In this document: one piece after another, positions 34,786-42,820 of the stretch
Layout: each line of letters begins with the position of its first letter
Numbering within the stretch: the stretch's first letter is position 1
Assembly (NCBI GenBank): GCA_046484865.1
Contig: JAWOID010000071.1
Location: 1 to 64,000 of the forward strand
Length of the DNA stretch: 64,000 bases
Direction: 5' to 3'
Source: Candidatus Krumholzibacteriia bacterium
Lineage (GTDB): Bacteria > Krumholzibacteriota > Krumholzibacteriia > LZORAL124-64-63
Position numbers and translations under genes: made by a program
The notes under the pieces: generated by a model
Database searches by the model: none
Told to the model about the DNA's origin: nothing
What the model saw: only the letters and a program-made list of their open reading frames with translations

Positions 34786-35799
34786 ATGACGTATCTCCAG
34801 GAACCGCCCCCGCACGAGATCGTCCACGCTCGCCGTCAGGAGCGCGCACCGACCATGGGCCAGAGAGCCTTGCTGCAGATGAGCGTGACGCTGGGCCTGC
34901 TGGCCGCCGCGGTCGCTGCCCTGCTCGTGTGGAAGGGCCGCGTCGTGATGGGGGTCTACCTCGCCGACCCGTTCGCCATGGTGCTGAACGGCCTCATCGT
35001 GGCGCTCTTCGTGCTGGGGCTCGTGCGACTCTTCCAGGGTCTGCGGCACTATGCGCGGGAGGAGCGGGAAGTGAACCGCTTCCTGAGGATGCGCAGCGAC
35101 GGCATGCCAGGCGCCGCGGCCTTCGACGACCTCGCCGACGACTCGATCATGGCTCGCCGCTACTTCACGATCCGGGGACTCTACGAGCGAGGCATCCCCA
35201 TCGATCACGGAGCGATCTCGGCGATCATGGTGGCGGAGGAGTCGCTCTACCAGTCATTCCCCCGCTTCGTGAACAACGTGCTCATCCTCACCGGCGTGTT
35301 CGGCACGGTGACCTCGTTGATCATCGCCCTCGTGGGCGCCAGCGACGTGATCCAGACCGCCGTGCCCGGCGAAGGCATGGGGCTGATGCTGCTGGGCATG
35401 AACACGGCGCTCACCACCACGGCCACCGCCATCGTCTGCTTCTTCTTCTTCACCTACTTCTACCAGAAGCTGGGCGACGTCCAGAGCTACCTCTTCAGCC
35501 GGCTCGAGCGTGCGACCTTGCTCTACCTGGTTCCCGAGTTCGCCTTCGACACCGACGCCGTCAACCACGAGACCCGCCGCCTGGTCGAGGAGGTGCGCGG
35601 ACTCACCCAGGACCTGCGCACCGGGCTCGGCGATCTCCAGCGCAGCACCGCCGCCCTGGCGATCCCGCAGCACGAGCGGCTGAAGGTGTGGTCCGGCCTG
35701 GCGGCCGGCCAGGAGGAGCAGGTCCGGCGGCTGGAAGGGCTCGGCTCCCAGCTCGAGGAGCTGCACCGCGTCCTGGTGGAGGGGTTCCGCCTGCGCTGA
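34786..35799 (+). CDS. MotA/TolQ/ExbB-like ion-channel membrane protein
   Basis: Four predicted TMs; TM3 LTGVFGTVTSL and TM4 GMNTALTTTATA resemble the ExbB/TolQ GLxGTV and ALxxTA motifs; helical C-terminal tail. Confidence 0.7.
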   Translation: MTYLQEPPPHEIVHARRQERAPTMGQRALLQMSVTLGLLAAAVAALLVWKGRVVMGVYLADPFAMVLNGLIVALFVLGLVRLFQGLRHYAREEREVNRFLRMRSDGMPGAAAFDDLADDSIMARRYFTIRGLYERGIPIDHGAISAIMVAEESLYQSFPRFVNNVLILTGVFGTVTSLIIALVGASDVIQTAVPGEGMGLMLLGMNTALTTTATAIVCFFFFTYFYQKLGDVQSYLFSRLERATLLYLVPEFAFDTDAVNHETRRLVEEVRGLTQDLRTGLGDLQRSTAALAIPQHERLKVWSGLAAGQEEQVRRLEGLGSQLEELHRVLVEGFRLR

Positions 35800-35820
35800 C
35801 CGCCGCCCGGAGGTGACCCC

Positions 35821-36780
35821 GTGCACGTGTTCCGCTCCTTCCCCGACCTTCACCCCGGCGATCGCGGCGCTCGGTCGGGTTCCACGCTGTGGCCGTCGTT
35901 CGCCGACATCATGACGGTGATCCTGATGGTGTTCATGCTCACCATGGTGGCGGTGATCATCAAGAACGCGAGCCTGCTCGAGTCGGTCCGTCTGAGCCAC
36001 GCCCGGCAGACCGAGGCGGAGGCCGCGCTCCAGGTGCAACTGGGCCGCTTGGCCGATCTGACGGCCGCCAACGTGGACCTCGAGGAACAGCTCCGCGACC
36101 GGGAGACGCAGATCATCGTGCTGACCGACGAACAGACCCGCCTGCAGGACCTGCTCGACGCCAGGATGCTGGTGATCGAGCGCCTGGAGGAGGAGCGCGC
36201 CGATCTGCAGGAGTCGGTGCGGGTCATCCGCATGCGCGTGGCCGAACAGGAGGAGGAACTGGCGGCGGCTCAGGGCCGCATCACCGAGGTCACGGCCGCG
36301 GCCGAGGCGCGCCGGGACGAGTTGCGACGGGAACTGGAGGCGCTCCTGCGGCAGTTGAACGAGAAGGACGCCTTCCTGATCACGCTGCAGGACGAGAAGA
36401 GCGACCTGCAGTCGCAGCTCGACCAGCAGCGGCAGGATTTCGCGTCGATGGAGGACGAGTATCTGCGCTTGCTGCGGCCCGCCCGCAGCCCCCACGGCAA
36501 GCAGGTGGCCACGGTGCAGTACTACCGGCTGGGGCCGGACTATCACATCCTCTTCAAGGACGTGGGCGCGACGGAGGCCGAGGAGGTGAGCCGGGACGAG
36601 TTGCACCGGCGTCTCGGCGCGCTGAAGGAGCGCCTGGGCGACGACCTCTACGTGAAGATCGTGATTCCCGACGCCAGCGGACTCTCGTTCAACGAGGCCT
36701 GGCGTTTCACCGACGACATCCTGTCGCGCTACGATTACTACCACGCCGAGAGTCCGCCGGAGCAGGCGCGAGGGCGGTGA
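35821..36780 (+). CDS. MotB-like TM protein with long coiled coil and ExbD-like C-terminal domain
   Basis: GGAGGTG RBS; LWPSFADIMTVILMVF TM with conserved Asp; heptad E/Q/R/L-rich middle; compact alpha/beta end. Confidence 0.65.
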   Translation: MHVFRSFPDLHPGDRGARSGSTLWPSFADIMTVILMVFMLTMVAVIIKNASLLESVRLSHARQTEAEAALQVQLGRLADLTAANVDLEEQLRDRETQIIVLTDEQTRLQDLLDARMLVIERLEEERADLQESVRVIRMRVAEQEEELAAAQGRITEVTAAAEARRDELRRELEALLRQLNEKDAFLITLQDEKSDLQSQLDQQRQDFASMEDEYLRLLRPARSPHGKQVATVQYYRLGPDYHILFKDVGATEAEEVSRDELHRRLGALKERLGDDLYVKIVIPDASGLSFNEAWRFTDDILSRYDYYHAESPPEQARGR

Positions 36781-36795
36781 CGCTCCGATCGCAGG

Positions 36796-37998
36796 TCACT
36801 CGGCTTCACCCCGGAACACCGCCAGCAGCCGCCGGGCGGCCGCCACCGGGGTGGTCTCCCCGCCGGTGACCCGCCGCTCCAGTTCGGGCAGCAGGCTCTG
36901 CACTCCCGGATGCGAGTGGAACGCGTCCTCGAGCTGTTCCCGCACCAGATCGTGGACCCACGCGCGCTCCTGCTCGCGGCGCCGCCGCTCCAGGGCGCCG
37001 GTGCGTCGGCCCCGGGCCGCGAACTCCTCCACCATCTCCCACACGACGTCGATGCCCTCGCCGGTGACCGCCGAGCAGGTGAGGGCCCGCGTGATCCAGT
37101 CCTCGCTGGCGGGACGCAGGTAGTGCAGGGCGCGCTCGTACTCGGCGCGGGTGAACTCCGCAGCCGGCCGACCCGGTCCGTCGGCCTTGTTGATGACCAC
37201 CGCGTCGGCCAGCTCGATCACGCCCTTCTTCAGTCCCTGCAACTCGTCCCCCGCCCCCGCAATGAGCAGGAGCAGGAAGAAGTCGACCATGCCCCGCACC
37301 TGGCTCTCGCTCTGTCCCACCCCCACCGTCTCCACGAGGACGACGTCGTAGCCGGCCGTCTCGAAGAGCAGGATGGTCTCGCGGGTCTTGCGGGTCACGC
37401 CGCCCAGGGTGCCGCCCGAGGGTGAGGGTCGGATGAAGGCGCCGGGGTCGACGGACAGCCGCTCCATGCGCGTCTTGTCGCCGAGCAGGCTGCCGCCGGA
37501 GACGGAGCTGGAGGGATCGACGGCGGTCACCGCCACCCGGTGGCCGGCGCCGGTGAGTCGCGTCCCCAGGGTCTCGATGAAGGTGGACTTGCCGGCTCCC
37601 GGCACGCCCGTGATCCCCACCCTCAGCGCCGGCCGGCGGTGAGGCAGCAGCGCCTGAACCAGCTCCTGCGCCTGCTCGAAGTGGGCGGCCGCGTTGCTCT
37701 CCACCAGGGTGATGGCGCGGGCGAGGATTCCGCGATCGCCGGCCAGCACCCCCTCCACGTAGTCGCGCAGGCCGAGCTGGCGACGTCGCGGACCCGCGTC
37801 CCCGCCTTCGGGCAGGGCACGACCGGTGGCGCCGCGGACGCCCGCCCGCAGGCGCAGGGCAGAGGGCGGCGGAACCTCGCCGGAGCCGTCCGCCCGCCGG
37901 CCCGTATCGCCGTCTGCGGCCGGGTCGCCGTTACGGTCCGGCTCCGCGTCTGCCGGCGGCCGCCGCGGATCCCGATCGTGATTCCGGTCTTCGTCCAT
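36796..37998 (-). CDS. meaB: Methylmalonyl-CoA mutase-associated GTPase MeaB
   Basis: ARAITLVES, GITGVPGAGKST, VDPSS, GDKTRM, ETVGVGQSE and NKAD motifs. Confidence 0.95.
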   Translation of the reverse strand: MDEDRNHDRDPRRPPADAEPDRNGDPAADGDTGRRADGSGEVPPPSALRLRAGVRGATGRALPEGGDAGPRRRQLGLRDYVEGVLAGDRGILARAITLVESNAAAHFEQAQELVQALLPHRRPALRVGITGVPGAGKSTFIETLGTRLTGAGHRVAVTAVDPSSSVSGGSLLGDKTRMERLSVDPGAFIRPSPSGGTLGGVTRKTRETILLFETAGYDVVLVETVGVGQSESQVRGMVDFFLLLLIAGAGDELQGLKKGVIELADAVVINKADGPGRPAAEFTRAEYERALHYLRPASEDWITRALTCSAVTGEGIDVVWEMVEEFAARGRRTGALERRRREQERAWVHDLVREQLEDAFHSHPGVQSLLPELERRVTGGETTPVAAARRLLAVFRGEAE

Positions 37999-38021
37999 CG
38001 AATCGCGCCGCCTAGGCGCCG
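37999..38021. repeat. Imperfect direct repeat, copy 1 (meaB side)
   Basis: CGAATCGCGCCGCCTAGGCGCCG matches 49794-49845 once the palindromic insert is removed. Confidence 0.55.
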
Positions 38022-39514
38022 CCTGCGCGCCGGTTGGCCACCTCCCAGGCGGTGCGGAACCCGAGCCGGACCAGTTCCTGGAAGAGCGGACCGTTCAGGG
38101 TCTCCGGCCGGTCGCCGGGTCGGTGCAGGTGGGTATAGCTGCCGGTGGTGGCGAAGTAGAGGGTGGGGACGCCGCCCTGGTGGAATGGCGCGGCATCGGC
38201 GCCGCCGCCGCCCCAGGTGCGGGCCACGCTCCAGCCCGCGTGCCCGGCGTCGAGGTCGCGGGCCAGCCGCCACAGCTCCGGCGAGGTGTCGCCGCTGCCG
38301 AGCTGGATGCTGTCGCCGTGGGCCACGCAATCGAAGTTGAGCATGGCCGCCGTGCGCTCCAGCGGCAGCACCGGATGGTCCACGTAGTGGCGCGATCCGT
38401 TCAGCCCCTGCTCCTCGGAGGCGAACAGGACGAACACCAGGCTGCGGGCCGGGCGCTCGCCGGCGGTCGCGAACGCCCGCGCCAGAGCGATGATCGCGGC
38501 GGCGCCGCTGGCGTTGTCGTTGGCGCCCGGCAGGTACAGCTCGGGCGACTGCCGCCCGACGTGGTCGAGATGGGCGCCGAGCACGACGCACTCGCGGCTC
38601 AGCTCGGGATCGGCCCCCGGCAGCACGGCCACCACGTTGCACGTCTCGCGGGCGGCATCGTACCGGGCGCGCACGTCGATCTCCACCTGCGCCGCCAGGG
38701 GCCGAGGCGCGGGCGCTTTCCCGGCATCGAGGGCCTCACGAGCTGCCAGCAGGCGTCCCTCGCCGCCCAGCAACACGTCCGCGAACTCCATCGAGATCTC
38801 CAGCTGCGGGAAGTCCGGATCCTGCTCGCCGGAACCGTGCAGGACGCTCGCGATGGGCGCCGACGGACGGTCACCCCGCGGCGGCTGCACCCAGAGCATC
38901 GCCCGCGCGCCGTGCGCCGCGGCCCAGGCGGCCTTGGGGCGAGGCGTGCTCGCGTCCCAGCCCCAGCTCTCGCCGTCGGCGGGCCGCCACGGCGGAGCCG
39001 GCTTGAGGCAGAGCACCACGTGGCCGGTGACGTCCGCCCCGGCGTAATCGTCGTGTCCCCGGTCGGGCAGCGATACGCCGTAACCCACGAACGTGACCGG
39101 CGCGACCACCCGGCCCGAACCGGTGAAGCCCCGGCAGAGGAAGTCCTCGCCCAGCACGGCGTGCCGCACCCGCCCGTCCGCGGTGGCCACCGTCAGGTGC
39201 GGCGTGCCCACGATCTCGTTGTACTCGACCGCGAGGGTCTGACGGAAGCCGGCGTCGCCCGCCGGCTCGAGGCCCAGCGCGGCGAACCGGTCCGTCGCCC
39301 AGCGCACGGCGGCCTCGTAGCCCCGCCCCCCGGACAGCCGGCCGTCGCGCTCGGGGGCGGCGAGCCAGGCCACGTCGTCCAGCAATTCGGCCGCGACGAT
39401 GGTCTGCGCGCCGCGTTCCCGGTCGGCCGTGGTCGCCCCGGCCGCCGCCGTCCCCATCGACAAGACGGCGAGGGCCGCCAGGACCGATACCATCGACAAC
39501 GTACCCTGCGCCAC
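38012..39514 (-). CDS. Secreted M28 metallopeptidase with PA domain
   Basis: Signal peptide; FVGYG..DDY PA domain; GAHLDH, GANDNASG, SEEQGL, NFDC and HRPGD motifs. Confidence 0.9.
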   Translation of the reverse strand: MAQGTLSMVSVLAALAVLSMGTAAAGATTADRERGAQTIVAAELLDDVAWLAAPERDGRLSGGRGYEAAVRWATDRFAALGLEPAGDAGFRQTLAVEYNEIVGTPHLTVATADGRVRHAVLGEDFLCRGFTGSGRVVAPVTFVGYGVSLPDRGHDDYAGADVTGHVVLCLKPAPPWRPADGESWGWDASTPRPKAAWAAAHGARAMLWVQPPRGDRPSAPIASVLHGSGEQDPDFPQLEISMEFADVLLGGEGRLLAAREALDAGKAPAPRPLAAQVEIDVRARYDAARETCNVVAVLPGADPELSRECVVLGAHLDHVGRQSPELYLPGANDNASGAAAIIALARAFATAGERPARSLVFVLFASEEQGLNGSRHYVDHPVLPLERTAAMLNFDCVAHGDSIQLGSGDTSPELWRLARDLDAGHAGWSVARTWGGGGADAAPFHQGGVPTLYFATTGSYTHLHRPGDRPETLNGPLFQELVRLGFRTAWEVANRRAGGA

Positions 39515-39629
39515 CTTCGGTTCTCCCGTCTGCAGGATGGCTTCCCCGCGGCGGCGGCCGCCATCACGGCGGCGGCCGAACTCTCCGCATGGTAACAGGC
39601 GGCCTTCCCCCGGGCAAATGGCGGCGGGA

Positions 39630-40088
39630 TCACTCCTCGTGAGCCGTGCGGGCCTGCTGCAACTCGGGCATCTGGTTCAGCACGCGAGCCACGGGCTCGT
39701 CGCCGGCGGTCGATCGGGCGAAGGCGACGAATCTCGCCACGAAGTGGGAGGCCTTCTCGCCACCGAGACCCGAGCGGCGCAGCAGACTGACGGCCTCCAT
39801 GGTGGAGCCGGCGTTGCCGAGCACACGGCGCGCCTTGCCGAGGAACCCGCCCATCAGGCCGCCTCCGGCCGGTTCCTGCTCCGCCGCGGCCAGGGCGCGA
39901 TCGGCGCCCGGCAAGCGTCCGATCAGGACGTCGGCGTCGGCCCCCGCGCGTTGACGCGCATACTTCAGCAGGGCTCCGACCGCGCGCAGGGCGTCGTCCC
40001 GCCCGATGCCGAGCTCTTCTCCGGCCTGGTTCGCGAACTCCTCGACGGAGCCCGGTCCGCCGGCAGGAGGCGTGGTTCCGGTGGTCAT
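39630..40088 (-). CDS. DUF2780-like small helical protein
   Basis: GAGGAGAGG RBS; ELGI..DDALRAVGALL and GGLMGG pattern. Confidence 0.55.
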   Translation of the reverse strand: MTTGTTPPAGGPGSVEEFANQAGEELGIGRDDALRAVGALLKYARQRAGADADVLIGRLPGADRALAAAEQEPAGGGLMGGFLGKARRVLGNAGSTMEAVSLLRRSGLGGEKASHFVARFVAFARSTAGDEPVARVLNQMPELQQARTAHEE

Positions 40089-40140
40089 GATCCTCTCCTC
40101 GCTGGTTGCGCGGCGGACGCGCCGGGCGCTTCGCCGCCTG

Positions 40141-40998
40141 TCAGATCCCGTCGCGCAGTCGCTCGTAGTTGCGCTGCACGACCAGATGGCCGTAGCGCCG
40201 CTCCAGCCGCCGCACCGTGAAGTGCCCGCGCGCCACATCCTGGAAGTGGTCCACGAACAGTAGATTGATGCCGGCCCCGCCGATCGCGCCCAGCACGGGG
40301 ACGGCCTGGGCCGCCACCTTCTCCGAGACCACCACGCCGAAGCGTGCCGAGATCTGGCTGACCAGCCGCGCCAGGACCGGCGCGCCCTTGCCGGCGAGGC
40401 CGCGCTCGGCGAGGTGGCGGCTGGCGTCGGTCACCGCCCGGGCGAGCGCGGCCCGCACGGCGTAGTAGCCCGTCTCGGCGCCGTCGTCGGCGACCGTTCG
40501 TCCGCCCAGCGCGAACACCTCCAGGCACGACAGGCGCGCCTCCACCCGCGTGAAGTCCTCGCCCTCGCTGCGGGCGATGTCGGCGATGGACCGCAGGATG
40601 ATGGTGGTGGAGATGGGCAGTTCCACCAGCAGCGCCGGGGTGCCGAAGAACCCCCCGACCGCCCCGCTGGCGCCCGACGCCACGCGGTGGAACCTGGATC
40701 GTCCGCGAAGCGTACCGCCCGGCCGGCGGTCCTCGTCCTCCAGGGTACGGATCGCCACGTCCAGCAGCTTCTCCAGGGTGATGCGGACCGCCTGCTGCAC
40801 GCGCTCGGTCATCTGCCCCGGCAGGAAGCGCGCCGCCTTCTCCAGGGGCTCGCCCACGAGGTCGGTCAGCCGGGCGACGAAGCCGGGATTCTCCAGGCGG
40901 CGCACCGCCTCGCGCAGCGCCGCCAGGTCGGCCTCGGTCATCTCGTCGCCCCGGGCGACGTTCCCGCCCGCAAGGTCTTTCACGTCGTCGGCCGTCAC
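40141..40998 (-). CDS. EcsC family protein
   Basis: GGAGGTGA RBS; GTGA overlap with the upstream gene; ELPISTTIILRSIADIARSEGED, CLEVFALGG and GHFTVRRLERRYG motifs. Confidence 0.88.
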   Translation of the reverse strand: MTADDVKDLAGGNVARGDEMTEADLAALREAVRRLENPGFVARLTDLVGEPLEKAARFLPGQMTERVQQAVRITLEKLLDVAIRTLEDEDRRPGGTLRGRSRFHRVASGASGAVGGFFGTPALLVELPISTTIILRSIADIARSEGEDFTRVEARLSCLEVFALGGRTVADDGAETGYYAVRAALARAVTDASRHLAERGLAGKGAPVLARLVSQISARFGVVVSEKVAAQAVPVLGAIGGAGINLLFVDHFQDVARGHFTVRRLERRYGHLVVQRNYERLRDGI

Positions 40999-41729
40999 GG
41001 TGTCGTCACCTCCACGACCCGGAAGGTCTCCTCGCCCGGCCGGGCCGCCGCGAGTACCGGGACGGACACGTTGTACACGGGGACGCCCCTGGCGGTGCGC
41101 CCCTCGGGTGATCCGTGATGGGCGTGTCCGTGGAAGACCGCCGCCACCTCGTGGCGGTTGAGCGGCTCCTCCAGCCGGGTGGTGCCGAGAAAGGGGTAGA
41201 GTTCGCGCGGTTCGCCCTCGACGGTGTCCGGCACGGGCGCGTAGTGGAGCAGGACCACCCGCGGCCCGTCGTCGAGCGTGGAGAGGGCCTGCTCGAGCTT
41301 GAGGACCTCGTCCACGGCCGCCTGGACGAACTGCTTGATGAGCGATTCGCCCCAGGCGCTCAGGACGTAACGCCCGAAGCCGCCGCCGAAGCCCGCCACG
41401 CCGGCGAACCCCACGTCGAGCACGCGGATGCTCTCCCCGTCCAGGATCCGTAGCCCGGCACCGCCGAGGATCTCGCGCACGACCGGCGCCTCCCCGCTCT
41501 CGAAATCGTGATTGCCCAGCACGCCGACGGCGGGGATGCGGACCACCTCGCGCAGGTCGGCCGCCATCAGTTCCGCCTCCGCGGGCGTCCCGTAGGCCGT
41601 CATGTCGCCGCAGACGAGCAGGACGTCGGCCGCCGCGGCTGCGGCCTCCAGGAGCCCCCGCTTGACCTCCCGTGATCCCTGGCCGTAGTGGATGTCCGCC
41701 AGCGCGGCGATCCGGACCTTCCCCGGCAT
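40995..41729 (-). CDS. Calcineurin-like metallophosphoesterase
   Basis: ADIH, CGD, LGNHD, LLHY and FHGHAH motifs; AAGGAG RBS. Confidence 0.9.
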   Translation of the reverse strand: MPGKVRIAALADIHYGQGSREVKRGLLEAAAAAADVLLVCGDMTAYGTPAEAELMAADLREVVRIPAVGVLGNHDFESGEAPVVREILGGAGLRILDGESIRVLDVGFAGVAGFGGGFGRYVLSAWGESLIKQFVQAAVDEVLKLEQALSTLDDGPRVVLLHYAPVPDTVEGEPRELYPFLGTTRLEEPLNRHEVAAVFHGHAHHGSPEGRTARGVPVYNVSVPVLAAARPGEETFRVVEVTTP

Positions 41730-41835
41730 GCTGCTCCTTCCCTCTGAACCGCCCCGACTGCGGAGCGGGACGTTCATGGGTACATATACAGATCGTCGGG
41801 ATCGCTGGCACCCGCACCTCCTGGGAGAGCGCCCC

Positions 41836-42732
41836 ATGACCCGCGACAAGGCCGACCACGGACTGCCCACCGGGGACGATGCGCAGTTCCCGGACACGGA
41901 CCGGGCCGATACGCGTCGTGAGCTCGACGCCGATCCGGCGCCCTTCAGCGGCGGACAGGACGCCTTCTACCGCGAGGCGATGGAGTTGCTCGAGAGCGCC
42001 GGGGTGCCGTACCTGGTCGGCGGTGCGTATGCCCTGCGCACCTACACCGGGATCGAGCGGGACACCAAGGATTTCGACGTCTTCATCCTGCGCGAGGACG
42101 TGGATCGCGCACTCGCCACCCTCGCATCCTCCGGCATGACCGCCACCATCCCCTTTCCGCACTGGCTGGCGAAGGCGTCGCGCGGCGAGGAATCGCTCGA
42201 CCTCATCTTCAGCAGCGGCAACGGCGTGGCGGGAGTGGACGAGTCGTGGTTCTCCGAGGCTGCGGTCCACGAGGTGTTCGGACGCCCGGTGAAAGTCTGC
42301 CCCATCGAGGAGATCATCTGGTCGAAGGCCTTCATCATGGAACGCGAGCGCTTCGACGGGGCGGACGTCCTGCACCTGCTTCATCACCGCGCCCACGAGA
42401 TCCGCTGGGATCACCTGCTCGAGCGCTTCGGCCCGAACTGGCGCGTGCTGCTGGCGCACCTGGTGCTGTTCGGCTTCGCCTATCCCAACGATCGCCAGCG
42501 CATTCCCCACGGCGTGGTGGACGGACTGGTCGATCGGCTGCGGCGGCAGGAGGCCCGCCGGCCGCCGACGGGTCGCGTCTGCCGCGGCACCTTGCTCAGC
42601 CGCGCGCAGTACCTGGTGGACATCGTCCGCTGGGGCTACAACGACGCCCGGCTGGCTCCGCACGGCTCGCTCACCGAGGAGGACGTCGAACGCTGGACCG
42701 CCCCCCTGGAAGACGGCGAGATCCCCCGCTGA
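41836..42732 (+). CDS. Pol-beta superfamily nucleotidyltransferase-like protein
   Basis: YLVGGAYAL...RDTKDFDVFI (GG plus DxD), DLIF, and SKAFIMERERFDGAD motifs. Confidence 0.8.
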   Translation: MTRDKADHGLPTGDDAQFPDTDRADTRRELDADPAPFSGGQDAFYREAMELLESAGVPYLVGGAYALRTYTGIERDTKDFDVFILREDVDRALATLASSGMTATIPFPHWLAKASRGEESLDLIFSSGNGVAGVDESWFSEAAVHEVFGRPVKVCPIEEIIWSKAFIMERERFDGADVLHLLHHRAHEIRWDHLLERFGPNWRVLLAHLVLFGFAYPNDRQRIPHGVVDGLVDRLRRQEARRPPTGRVCRGTLLSRAQYLVDIVRWGYNDARLAPHGSLTEEDVERWTAPLEDGEIPR

Positions 42733-42820
42733 ACGTCGCGGGACGGCCGGCTTGCCATTCGGCCGTCGCTGCCGGCGCGGGTGTGGGCACGATCGGGGAG
42801 AACACGACGAGGCCGCGCGC

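Noticed and set aside
34786..36780. Canonical Zorya or flagellar motAB call
   Set aside because: No OmpA-like domain seen in B, no very long ZorA tail, and no zorC/D/E or flagellar genes adjacent
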